The notes beneath the pieces are model-generated. The model worked only from the letters and a program-made list of their open reading frames with translations, searched no databases and was not told the DNA's origin. A stretch of DNA of 34,463 nucleotides. It comes from Promethearchaeota archaeon. GTDB lineage: Archaea; Asgardarchaeota; Lokiarchaeia; Sigyniarchaeales; SOKP01. Below, one piece after another: positions 9,723 to 19,337 of the stretch (the first letter of the stretch is position 1; each line of letters starts with the position of its first letter). The DNA lies in NCBI GenBank assembly GCA_048940445.1, contig JBHLON010000033.1, forward strand, positions 1 through 34,463, in the 5' to 3' direction. Position numbers and translations under genes: made by a program.

Positions 9723-10415
9723 GTGATGTTTTCTTCAAACGAGATTGAAAATATTAAACGAGAAATGGGAAAATTAAAGAATACAGTTGTTTTAAAACTA
9801 TTCACTGATTTTAAAACTGAAACTGATGGTTCAAAGAATCGAAATTGTGCGGCATGTCAAGGAACATATACATTATTAAGAACCTTAGAGGAATACTCGA
9901 ATGGAAAATTAAAAATTGAAGAGTATTCCATTGTAGAGAACAAAGATATATCTAAAAAGTACGATGTAACCCGTATACCTGCTATAATATTCACTGATGA
10001 AGATGATAAGGAAGTCATTCGATATTCTACTCATCCCACTGGAGCAGAATTTGTACCTTTTCTAAATAGTATTCAGTATTTTTCTGGAGTAAGACCTTTT
10101 TATGAGGATCAAATCCTAACAAATCTTAAAAAAATCCCAAAATCACAAATTAAAATTTTTATTACACAGACTTGTCCATATTGCCCCCAAACTGTTCCTG
10201 TTCTTACATTATTTGCCATTGTATCAAAAGGAAAACTTACTGTGGATGTTATTGATGTTGATCTAAATCCAGAAATTGCAATCGCGTATCAGGTACAAGG
10301 AGTTCCTCATACTGTTATAAATGAAAAAGAAAATATTTATGGAATGTTTACTCCACAGGATTTATTAGATGCCTTAACAAAGGGTCAACGAGATTTTGGT
10401 GGAATGTATGCATAA
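9723..10415 (+). CDS. Protein disulfide oxidoreductase (PDO, two thioredoxin folds), paralog 1
   Basis: N-terminal CAAC and C-terminal CPYC; RIPA and GVPH cis-Pro motifs. Confidence 0.9.
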   Translation: MMFSSNEIENIKREMGKLKNTVVLKLFTDFKTETDGSKNRNCAACQGTYTLLRTLEEYSNGKLKIEEYSIVENKDISKKYDVTRIPAIIFTDEDDKEVIRYSTHPTGAEFVPFLNSIQYFSGVRPFYEDQILTNLKKIPKSQIKIFITQTCPYCPQTVPVLTLFAIVSKGKLTVDVIDVDLNPEIAIAYQVQGVPHTVINEKENIYGMFTPQDLLDALTKGQRDFGGMYA

Positions 10416-10436
10416 TTATAATCTAGAAAAAATGAG

Positions 10437-11129
10437 GTGGTAAAAATTTCACAGGATGATAAATATAAAGAGATTATCAAGAGAGAAATGGCAAAATTAT
10501 CTAGACCAGTCAGAATAAAAGTATTTACCTCCCAAAAAGCGTTACCTGATGGGACAAAGATAAAAGCATGTATGGATTGTGGACAATTTATGAGCCTATT
10601 AAGAGTCTACGAAGAAAATTCGAATGGGATGTTAAAAGTTGAGGAAATGTCAATTGATGACAATCCCAAATTCGCTACGCAGTTTGATATTCAAAGAGTT
10701 CCAACAATTCTATTTGTTGATGATGAGGGAAGAGAATATATCCGATACTTAGCAGCCCCTCAAGCTGGAGAAATTCAGCCATTTGTTCAATCATTATTTG
10801 TATTTGCTGGAGCTCCTAATTACTATGAGGCTACTATAAAACAAAATTTAGATAGGATAGGACCATCGACTATTAAAGTGATTATTACAAATTCTTGTCC
10901 TTATTGTCCGACTGTAGTAGCAATTGCAAACCAATTTGCAATTGCGACACATGGAAAAGTCAGATCAGTAATCATTGATATTAATTCAAATCCAGATATT
11001 GGTCAATATTATGACGCTGCAGGAGTTCCATATACAATAATTAATGATAAGAAGACTTTAGTAGGTATGGTTGGTGCAAATGAAATTTTACGGGCTTTAA
11101 TTGGAGGGAATATTCGTGTTCAATATTGA
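10437..11129 (+). CDS. Protein disulfide oxidoreductase (PDO), paralog 2
   Basis: CMDC and CPYC; RVPT and GVPY; colinear with paralog 1 (both 230 aa). Confidence 0.9.
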   Translation: MVKISQDDKYKEIIKREMAKLSRPVRIKVFTSQKALPDGTKIKACMDCGQFMSLLRVYEENSNGMLKVEEMSIDDNPKFATQFDIQRVPTILFVDDEGREYIRYLAAPQAGEIQPFVQSLFVFAGAPNYYEATIKQNLDRIGPSTIKVIITNSCPYCPTVVAIANQFAIATHGKVRSVIIDINSNPDIGQYYDAAGVPYTIINDKKTLVGMVGANEILRALIGGNIRVQY

Positions 11130-12054
11130 AAATATTGATCTAGATAAAATTTATGATATTATTATTTTGGGAGGTGGTCCCACTGCCATTGGTTGTGCAA
11201 TTTATGCTGCTCGATTCGCAATGGATGTATTAATTATAGGAAAAGTATTTGGTGGATTAATTGCAACCACTCATCTCGTGGAAAATTACCCAGGAATAAC
11301 CTCTACGAGTGGTCAGGGATTAATGGACATGTTTAAGGATCATATGAATTCATTAAATATACATTATATTTCAGATGAGATAAAAAGCATAGAAAGGCTA
11401 GATGATAATTTTATTTTGCATTCTTTCTTTCAGAAGTTTAGGGCGTATAGTATTTGTATAGCAACTGGCTCAGAAAGGAGAAAATTGGGTATTCCCGGAG
11501 AAGAAGAATTTGCGGGTCGAGGTGTGTCATACTGTGCTACTTGTGATGGCCCTTTTTATAAAAGTAAAACAGTTTGTGTAATAGGAGGAAGTGATTCCGC
11601 TGCAAAAGAAGCTTTATTTCTAGCCCAGAATGCTCAAAAAGTATACATAATTTATCGGGGAGATGATATAAGAGCAGAACCTATTAACAAAAAACGTGTA
11701 CTTGAAAATAAAAAGATTGAGATCATTTATAAGACAAATGTCGTTGAAATTAAGGGCCAAAACAACGTAAAATCCGTAATTTTTGATAATGGGAAAGAAT
11801 TGAATCTTGATGGGGTATTTATTGAAATAGGTTCAATTCCGAATTCAGATTTAGCTAAGAGAATTGGCATAATCACAAATAATAAGGGTGAAATTGAGAT
11901 TAATAGAAAATCTGAGACTAATATACCCGGAATTTATGCTGCTGGAGATGTTGCAGATGCTCCTTTTAAACAAGCAATTACTGGTGTTGCCGAGGGTGTT
12001 ATTGCTGCTTATTCGGCTTTTGAATATTTAAAAGATATAAAAATTGAATATTAA
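11116..12054 (+). CDS. trxB: Thioredoxin-disulfide reductase
   Basis: GGGP FAD motif, ENYPG, ATG, GVSYCATCDG active site, GGSDSA, GIYAAGD; GTG 11116 follows GGAGGG (track start 11101). Confidence 0.95.
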   Translation: MFNIENIDLDKIYDIIILGGGPTAIGCAIYAARFAMDVLIIGKVFGGLIATTHLVENYPGITSTSGQGLMDMFKDHMNSLNIHYISDEIKSIERLDDNFILHSFFQKFRAYSICIATGSERRKLGIPGEEEFAGRGVSYCATCDGPFYKSKTVCVIGGSDSAAKEALFLAQNAQKVYIIYRGDDIRAEPINKKRVLENKKIEIIYKTNVVEIKGQNNVKSVIFDNGKELNLDGVFIEIGSIPNSDLAKRIGIITNNKGEIEINRKSETNIPGIYAAGDVADAPFKQAITGVAEGVIAAYSAFEYLKDIKIEY

Positions 12055-12256
12055 TTTATATTTTGCACTGATTAATCCTACTATTCTTCATTTTCTTGGA
12101 TTTTTTATTATTAAAAATCAACCTGTTATCTGTAGAGATGAAGCTGGGTTATTTGAAACATAAACCGTAGTATTCATAACTTTAAATTCATTTGGTCTTG
12201 GAAATCCTAACAGTATAATTCCAGTTTAATTAGATTAAAAATAAGGAAAAAATAAT

Positions 12257-12565
12257 TTATTCGATTTTTACATCAATTGCATTCTCCATCGGATTCTGAA
12301 ATGGTACGTCAACTTTTAGAATGCCATTCTTGTAAACTGCTTTTGTCTCTTCTGCTTTTACAGGGCAACATATAACATAAGATCCAACATATATTGTATT
12401 ATCTGTTTCACCTTTAATAAAAAATGAGTCTTCATGAATTTTTAAATTAATAGTATCTTTCTCTACACCCGGTAAGGTTATTTCAATGTGATAATTTTCA
12501 TTTTCATCATCAGCCCATGAACAAACATCTGGGGCTAAAACATATTTTTCTTTCTCATCTGTCAT
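12257..12565 (-). CDS. Hsp20/alpha-crystallin family small heat-shock protein
   Basis: LPGVEKD.I and A.YKNGIL.V..P motifs. Confidence 0.92.
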   Translation of the reverse strand: MTDEKEKYVLAPDVCSWADDENENYHIEITLPGVEKDTINLKIHEDSFFIKGETDNTIYVGSYVICCPVKAEETKAVYKNGILKVDVPFQNPMENAIDVKIE

Positions 12566-12716
12566 AGATTATTCCTCATATAAAATTATTGATTTTTTTC
12601 TATTAATCCATACTAAAATTGAGACTTTAAACATTTGGATCATAATGTATAAAAAATAATGATTTTGGAATAATTTTTCAAAAATCAAATGAAGATAATG
12701 TTTTAAATTATAAAGT

Positions 12717-13385
12717 TTAAAAATTAACTAATGGTACAGACCCATTGTAATATAATTTTACACCATCAAAACTAATTCTTGCTGTGATTATAGGAATATG
12801 TTGAGCGTTTGCCTCAGATAATTTTTTGGAAAATTTGGGATCCATATCCCAATTTGGGCTAAATTTCAAGGCACTACGGAATATTAAAAATAGAATAATC
12901 CCATCATTTTTAATTATTTCGTGAACATGTCTAGTACCTCTTTCAGTGGGAGCATCAGGAAATAAAGCAATTCCTTCTTTGACGAGCGTAACTCCTTTTA
13001 CTTCTAAAGGTACTTTATCTAACATAAAATCTATCCTACTATTACCTAAAGGTATTTCTTTCTTAATTTCTTTAACAGCTGACAATTTGGGTATATATTT
13101 AAATATACTTTTTGCTATTTTTGAATGAAGTGCTGTATCTATTAAGATCCATTCGTCTTCAGCTTTAACAGCTTTTATATAATATTTTAATTTACCGTAT
13201 GAATGCGTAAAAAGTATTTCTGATCCTTTGATCAATAATTCTTTTAAGCGTCCTGGATCATGAACATGTGCTAATTCTATTTTCTTTTCAAATTCTATTT
13301 CAGCAACAAATCTATTAGGACGAGATAGAAAGATTCCTTTATTTAGATTAGAGATATCAAATATCGGAATATTTATTGAGTTCAT
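12717..13385 (-). CDS. sfsA: DNA/RNA nuclease SfsA
   Basis: RPNRF, HVHDPGRL.ELL, SRIDF, EVKGVTL, FPDAPTERG.RH. Confidence 0.95.
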   Translation of the reverse strand: MNSINIPIFDISNLNKGIFLSRPNRFVAEIEFEKKIELAHVHDPGRLKELLIKGSEILFTHSYGKLKYYIKAVKAEDEWILIDTALHSKIAKSIFKYIPKLSAVKEIKKEIPLGNSRIDFMLDKVPLEVKGVTLVKEGIALFPDAPTERGTRHVHEIIKNDGIILFLIFRSALKFSPNWDMDPKFSKKLSEANAQHIPIITARISFDGVKLYYNGSVPLVNF

Positions 13386-13483
13386 TCTTTTCAGTGATTA
13401 ACATTATTAAATAAGAATTTAAAACCAAATTATTATAAACTATAATCTAAATAGATAAAAATAAATTTAATTTAAGTTATTTA

Positions 13484-13723
13484 ATGAGTAAGGCAAATAG
13501 TCAGCCTAATATTGAAAGTTATCGATTTCATCACATTGACATTAATAAATGTAAGCAGTGTAGAGATTTTTCATGCGAAGAAGCATGCTTTAGAGGAATT
13601 TATAAAGTTTTAAATAAGGAAACTGAACCAAGAAGCATTGTTATTGAAGAAAGGGAAGATCGATGCGTTAAGTGCCATATTTGTACGACTACATGTAAAT
13701 TACGAGCAATAACCATCGATTAA
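13484..13723 (+). CDS. 4Fe-4S dicluster ferredoxin
   Basis: CKQC....CEEAC and CVKCHICTTTC. Confidence 0.88.
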   Translation: MSKANSQPNIESYRFHHIDINKCKQCRDFSCEEACFRGIYKVLNKETEPRSIVIEEREDRCVKCHICTTTCKLRAITID

Positions 13724-13855
13724 TTCTTATAAAACTCATTAAGTTCTTTTTAGTCTCTTATCTTTATCTAAACTTTAGTAAAAATTATAAATAATAAATT
13801 AAAGAAATCATTAATCAAATTATATAACCATTGAAGTTTTTATGAGGTATTTTAT

Positions 13856-14395
13856 ATGCTTTCAGAAAAATTAAAACTTGATGATATTGATAGGCAAATT
13901 ATTACATTAGTGCAAGAATCCCCTAATTTAACCCACACAGAAATTGCGGAAAAGATCAATCGTTCTCAACCCACAGTCGGTATGCGTATAAAGAAACTTG
14001 AAAAAGAAGGAATCCTTCAATTTCAACCAGGTATTAACTTTAAAAAAGTAGAGTTACACCTAGCAACTGTAGAAGTAAATACACGTAGTCCTGATGAAGT
14101 TTTAGATATGGGGAAATGTTGTCCGTTCATGCTAAATGCTTTCAGATTAAGTGGAGAGCATAACATCTGTATACTTCTTGCTAGTTCAAGTTTAACTAAA
14201 CTTGATGCCGTTGTTAATTATCATTTTAGAAAAAATCCGGATGTGAGCTCAGTTTCTATGGAGATCGTAACAGATATAGCAAAAGATTTTGTACTCCCTA
14301 TTGATTTCGATTCTGAAAATCATGAACCAAATGAAGAGGTTGGATGCGGAGAGAAATGTAAATATAAATTAGCAAAAATGAGAGGAGAGATTTAG
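13856..14395 (+). CDS. Lrp/AsnC family transcription regulator (Cys-rich)
   Basis: LDDIDRQII, EIAEKI.RSQPTV..RIKKLEKEG HTH, followed by a RAM domain (SGEHN). Confidence 0.92.
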   Translation: MLSEKLKLDDIDRQIITLVQESPNLTHTEIAEKINRSQPTVGMRIKKLEKEGILQFQPGINFKKVELHLATVEVNTRSPDEVLDMGKCCPFMLNAFRLSGEHNICILLASSSLTKLDAVVNYHFRKNPDVSSVSMEIVTDIAKDFVLPIDFDSENHEPNEEVGCGEKCKYKLAKMRGEI

Positions 14396-14435
14396 TACTA
14401 TATCATCAATTAGATTAATAATAGAAGAATAGAGA

Positions 14436-15011
14436 TCATTCTTCTCCTTCTTCTTCAATCTGATCAAATTTAAATTTAGGAAGATTCACATTTAGATTGC
14501 ACTTTGGACCACAATTATTAGAATGAAAATCAAATTTTTCAATTTGAAAATCAATTGGTACCACAAAATCATGTACTGATTCTATTAAAATATTTGTCTT
14601 CACATTAATTACATTTGGATCTTTTCTAAAACAAATATCTACTAACCTTTCAATTGTTTGTAGATCTGAAGCTGAGACAAAACATAAAAGGTTAAATTCA
14701 CCAGATATTTTAAATGCATGGTTAATAAAAGGGCAATTCTTTATTTTTTCAACAATTGTTTCTACATCTTTTGTTGAAATAAATACTATCGCTACTTTGA
14801 TATCAACTTTCTTAATATTAAAACCTACTTGTTTAGTCAATAAATTTTTTCTTTCTAATTTGATGATCCGGGCACCTATCGCTGGTTGACTTTTTTCAAC
14901 CTCAACCGCTATTTGACTATGAGTGATATCGGGATTCTTTTCAATCATTTCAATGATTTTATAATCATCATCATCAATATCTAATAATTCTTTAAAGGTT
15001 TTTTTAATCAT
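14436..15011 (-). CDS. Lrp/AsnC family transcription regulator (Cys-rich), paralog
   Basis: IDDDDYKII, QIA..V.KSQPAIGARI.KLE HTH; SGEFN; colinear with 13856..14395. Confidence 0.92.
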   Translation of the reverse strand: MIKKTFKELLDIDDDDYKIIEMIEKNPDITHSQIAVEVEKSQPAIGARIIKLERKNLLTKQVGFNIKKVDIKVAIVFISTKDVETIVEKIKNCPFINHAFKISGEFNLLCFVSASDLQTIERLVDICFRKDPNVINVKTNILIESVHDFVVPIDFQIEKFDFHSNNCGPKCNLNVNLPKFKFDQIEEEGEE

Positions 15012-15450
15012 GATTTCATTCTCTTGTTTTTTGGATAAATTACTTTATTTATCTCTTGTTGCTAGAGAATAAATTCTAATTTAAATTTTGTTTCTATGAA
15101 TATAAAATTAAATGTTTCTTAATATTAAAAATTATGAATAGTTATCCGTAAGCTCTTTTATTTTATAAATCATTCCCTAGTAATTCTTATAATAATTTAG
15201 ATCTTGAATTTAAATAACATATTGCAGCTTCAATTTTTTATATCTTTTTATTATATTTATCCATTTATATTCTAAAAATCTGTATAAAATAGTTCATAAC
15301 AAATATAATAAATAAAATGGTTTTAATTGAAATTATTAAAAGATCAGACGATCTTATATACATTGATATTTAAATAATTTTGAAGATTTTTATAAAGTTT
15401 AAATAATTAAATCCACATCTTAATGAGAAAAATTTAAAAGTTTGAAATGT

Positions 15451-16353
15451 ATGGACTTTCTAATCATAACATCATCTGAAGATATCGCCTCAATGAATAT
15501 ACGTAATAAATTATTAAATTCTGAGGATTATTCATTCGAGGAAGTCAACTTTAAATGGAAAAAAAATAAGATTTTAAAGTTGAATGAATATAGACTGGAT
15601 AAAAATAATAATTTGCATATCGAGAATAACAACGTTTATCTAGGAATGACGCATGAGCGAATGATATTTATGGATGATCTAGAACTTAAAGGAATGGGAT
15701 TTAATCCAGATTTCATTATATTCGCGAGCCGACATGCTTCTAAGTCAGCAAGACCTGCTTTACTAACCCATACTACAGGTAATTGGAGTAAAAAAGCAGA
15801 TTTTGGGGGTCAGCCAGAGGAGTTATCCAGATCTAGTGCTCTATTGCATAAAGCAGGATTTCTTTCCTTATTAAAACAAGTAAAAGATGACTTTTTAAAA
15901 CATTATGTTATCGATATTGAAGTAACTCATCATGGCCCAACAAACTTGAAAACTCCATTAATTTTTATGGAATTAGGAAGTAGTAGAAAAGAATGGGAGG
16001 ACGCATACGCTGCTAAGATTGTAGCAGATGCTATAATATATTCTATCTCCAAATATTTAGAACTTGAAGAGACTAGCGATTATAAGATTGGATTAGGATT
16101 TGGTGGATCTCACTACGCTCCAAACTTTAATAGATTAATAGTCAAGGAAAATATTGCTTTATCGTTTATTTGTCCAAAATATTTCCTTCAAAATCTTAAT
16201 CACGATACTGTTGAAAAAATGATTTTAAATACATACGAAAATATTAATTTCTTTATACTAGATTGGAAAGGTATGAATTCAGATGACAAAAAACATCTTA
16301 TACCAATTTTAGAGGATTTTGAAATCCCTATAAAAAAAACTAAAGATATTTGA
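15451..16353 (+). CDS. dtdA: D-aminoacyl-tRNA deacylase (archaeal DTD2/GEK1 type)
   Basis: D.AS.NI, IFASRH.S, LTHTTGN, EVTHHGPT, F.ELGS...W, GFGGSHY; ATG at 15451 (track start 15442 TTG). Confidence 0.95.
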   Translation: MDFLIITSSEDIASMNIRNKLLNSEDYSFEEVNFKWKKNKILKLNEYRLDKNNNLHIENNNVYLGMTHERMIFMDDLELKGMGFNPDFIIFASRHASKSARPALLTHTTGNWSKKADFGGQPEELSRSSALLHKAGFLSLLKQVKDDFLKHYVIDIEVTHHGPTNLKTPLIFMELGSSRKEWEDAYAAKIVADAIIYSISKYLELEETSDYKIGLGFGGSHYAPNFNRLIVKENIALSFICPKYFLQNLNHDTVEKMILNTYENINFFILDWKGMNSDDKKHLIPILEDFEIPIKKTKDI

Positions 16354-16358
16354 GGTTC

Positions 16359-17225
16359 TCACTTTTGTTCTTCTTTAACTTTCTCGTAATATTTTATTAA
16401 ATTTTGAAATACATAATGAGAGGCAACATATCCTTGGGTTGCTGCTTTTTCTAAAAACTTATTTAAATAATCGGGGAACTTAGGATTTCCCTCTACTGTC
16501 ACATTTAATTCTCTTATATTATAGAAACTTCTCCAGAAGAGAGTTGGCCATTCGACTAATGAGCGAATTGTTTGATTATATTTCTTATTACCCTCTTCGG
16601 ATAATTCTATTTCTTTATTAATCGTGTAATAAAAATATTTTCCTCTTTTCCTTTTCCTAATGATTCCATCTAAACTAATTTTTTTTAAAGTTCTACGTAG
16701 GTCTGGTGTTTTTAGGTCAATTCTAATTCTATTTAGGTTATTTATAATTTCCTTTTCTCTCATTTCTTTTAATTTCATCATTAAGTAATTTCTAGCAATT
16801 AAATTGTATTTTAAAGGGACAGATTCATGATCTAATTCATTGTATTGAATCAAATCACCAAGTATTTTTTTAGCTACTAAATACTTCAAAATTAATTGAT
16901 CTTGGATACTAAATTCTTCTTTAAATTTCTGAGAATTAAAATAAGATTGATAAAGGGTAACTAACAAACTTTTAATACTATGAAATCCATCTTCAAAAGC
17001 AAGCCGTACATTATTTAGTACTTTGATTCTGTAGTCAATGTCGGTTAAAAATTTTTCTTTTTCAGCTTGTATTTGACGCACCAAATGGGGATTTTGATTA
17101 ATTTCTTTTAAATTCTCATCCCACTCTTTCTTAAACCTATAGGATTGAGTTTTTGCGATTCCTGAAAGCTTATACACAACTTCATAAAGCTTATTGAGAA
17201 AACCTTGTTCATCAAGATCAGTCAT
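16359..17225 (-). CDS. Hypothetical protein, helical N-terminus with possible winged-helix segment
   Basis: Long ORF; LRRTLKKISLDGIIRKRKRGKYFYY resembles a wHTH recognition helix plus wing. Confidence 0.6.
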   Translation of the reverse strand: MTDLDEQGFLNKLYEVVYKLSGIAKTQSYRFKKEWDENLKEINQNPHLVRQIQAEKEKFLTDIDYRIKVLNNVRLAFEDGFHSIKSLLVTLYQSYFNSQKFKEEFSIQDQLILKYLVAKKILGDLIQYNELDHESVPLKYNLIARNYLMMKLKEMREKEIINNLNRIRIDLKTPDLRRTLKKISLDGIIRKRKRGKYFYYTINKEIELSEEGNKKYNQTIRSLVEWPTLFWRSFYNIRELNVTVEGNPKFPDYLNKFLEKAATQGYVASHYVFQNLIKYYEKVKEEQK

Positions 17226-17411
17226 ATAATAATAACCCTAACCTTACCTATCTACAAATTTCTGTAATTTAATAATTATTATTCTCTAAAAATTTTTAAA
17301 TGTTTAATTAGAGTTAACAAGAAATAAATAATGTATTAATAATTAAAAATTAAATTATTTGTAGATAAGACCAATTGCTTTTAATATTGAAAAAAATAAA
17401 TACTTATTATT

Positions 17412-17894
17412 TTAATCTTTGATTTCTTTAGGGTGCTGATAAAATATAACAAGACTGATGATGAGTAATATTGCGATTGTAATATCTCCAATTAAGTGTA
17501 ATATTAGAACTTTATTTATAAGTTCTGCTACGTTAAGGATTTTTATTGCCCGAATTTCAAGGATTAAAGATAATCCTATGAATACTAAAAATATTATATT
17601 GAGCGGTTTACATCTTTTGAGTACAAGCGTTAAGATACCAAAATAAAATGAGACAATGAGACAAATTATCTCTATTATTATCATCAATATCCAGAAAATT
17701 AATACGGTAAAAGCTACTGCAACTGCACCTATTATAGCTTCTGCTAAATTAGAGACTGTTATATCAATCCCAAAGTTGAAAAGAACAAATAGCGCTTATT
17801 ATCCATTTTGCGCGAAAGCCATTACTAAAATAGTTATGGAAAAGATGATGATAATGATTCCTGCTACAATTTTTAAACTTTCTAATGATCACAT
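17412..17894 (-). pseudogene. Disrupted multi-pass membrane protein
   Basis: One frame reads M*SLESLKIVAGIIIIIFSITILVMAFAQNG**ALFVLFNFG..IIGAVAVAFTVLIFWIL into track ORF 17412..17687; in-frame TGA at 17889-17891 and TAA TAA at 17796-17801. Confidence 0.65.
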
Positions 17895-18018
17895 TTAGAG
17901 ATTGGATTATAATGAACCTTAAGATATATTTTGATTTAAGAATTAATATCACAATTTTTATGAAATGAGAAATACCTCTAAATCATACGTATAAAATTGA
18001 AGAAAAGGAAAAGAAATA

Positions 18019-18405
18019 TTGAAAATAGATCATATTGCTGTTAGTGCAAACTCAGAAGAAGAAAGCGATAGATTTTTTATTAACCTACTAGGATTGAAAA
18101 AAGATAAAATTTTTACTGTTAGTGAAGATTTAATGGAAAAATTTTTTGGAATAAGAAAACAACAAATGGTTGCAAGATATTCCAATGAAGATGTCAAATT
18201 AGAAGTTTTTATCACTAATAACAATAATATCTTAAAAGATAAATACACTCATGTTTGCTTTATTATTAAGGATAGAGACTACATTATGGTTAGGGCCAAG
18301 AATTTGGGTTTTGAAGTTATAAAAGTCGCTCGAAAAGGGAGTGATAATTACTATCTTTTTATCAAGGATTCATTTGGAAATTTATATGAAATTAAATCAC
18401 AATAA
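18019..18405 (+). CDS. VOC/glyoxalase family protein
   Basis: IDHIAV, FF..LLGL, LEVF, THVCF, FIKDSFGNLYEI. Confidence 0.92.
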   Translation: MKIDHIAVSANSEEESDRFFINLLGLKKDKIFTVSEDLMEKFFGIRKQQMVARYSNEDVKLEVFITNNNNILKDKYTHVCFIIKDRDYIMVRAKNLGFEVIKVARKGSDNYYLFIKDSFGNLYEIKSQ

Positions 18406-18457
18406 AGCTTTTTAAGTTAATTATTTATTTAAACAATAGGATAGGGTTATTATTTAA

Positions 18458-19264
18458 TTGCCTAATGAATGGAGGATGATAAAGCTGCCGAAATCTTATA
18501 AATTAAAACTCATACTAGGTGGAGCTCAAGGCTCAGGAAAAACTTCATTCATAAGTGATAGAATAGAAAATGACACACCAATTGGAGTCTCCTTTAAACC
18601 AATAGAATGTTATGCAAATGAATCAGATTCTTACAAATTTGTAATATGGGATTTAAAAGATAGAGCACGATTTAGATTTTTATTTCCATTATTTTGTCGA
18701 GGAGCATGTGCAGGTTTATTATGTTTTGATGTATCTGATAAAAATTCTTTTCTTGAATTAGAAAGATGGATAAAGATTTTTAGACTAAGCGCAGGTGATA
18801 TCCCTATTTTCTTAATTGGAACGAAAGATGATTTAGAACGTAAAATTTCGAATCTTAAGATTGAACAATTAATTCAAAAATATCATTTAGAAGGTATTTA
18901 TTATACATCTATTTATAGGGAAGAAGATAAGAAAGCGGAGATCTTTAAATATATTGTAGAAAAAATTGAACCCGATTACCACTTAGAGAATTTTACATTA
19001 TTTACACCTAAACAACTTGATACCGAAGAATATAAAATTTTTGTTAAATATTTTTCAACTTGTCCTATATGTAAAAGAGAGAATCATCCTGAAAGTTTAA
19101 AAGATTTCTATATAAGTAAAGATCCAAAAATGATTAAGTTGAGAGAACAGTTACTTTTTATACTTGAAAATTTAGACACAATTCACATGGACATAAAACA
19201 TCTTTCAATTGGAATGCCCTGTTGTAACTGCTATAAAAATATTTTTGAAAGAAATTATTTTTGA
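18458..19264 (+). CDS. Divergent Rab-like small GTPase with C-terminal Cys (zinc-binding) domain
   Basis: G1 GAQGSGKT, G3 region WDLKD, G4 TKDD; C-terminal CPIC..H..CCNC. Confidence 0.85.
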   Translation: MPNEWRMIKLPKSYKLKLILGGAQGSGKTSFISDRIENDTPIGVSFKPIECYANESDSYKFVIWDLKDRARFRFLFPLFCRGACAGLLCFDVSDKNSFLELERWIKIFRLSAGDIPIFLIGTKDDLERKISNLKIEQLIQKYHLEGIYYTSIYREEDKKAEIFKYIVEKIEPDYHLENFTLFTPKQLDTEEYKIFVKYFSTCPICKRENHPESLKDFYISKDPKMIKLREQLLFILENLDTIHMDIKHLSIGMPCCNCYKNIFERNYF

Positions 19265-19337
19265 CTCTGCTTGACTTCCTATTTTTCATATAAGATCTAT
19301 TTTTAAAGTCTAAAAATAAGCAATTTTAGGTGTTAAT

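Noticed and set aside
838-12054. Possible selenoproteins among the redox genes, since Lokiarchaeia encode Sec
   Set aside because: The catalytic motifs examined are Cys codons in uninterrupted ORFs; no in-frame TGA is needed
12055-12256. Slightly GC-richer spacer with a short stop-interrupted minus-strand frame (TGIILLGFPRPNEF..)
   Set aside because: No clear start, family or RNA structure; at most a gene remnant
13856-15011. Lrp-like pair as siroheme decarboxylase AhbA/AhbB
   Set aside because: No H-x-Y-x-R motif and no heme biosynthesis neighbours
15012-15450. Long AT-rich intergenic region as ncRNA or replication origin
   Set aside because: No GC-rich stems, ORB-like repeats or cdc6 neighbour; consistent with divergent promoters
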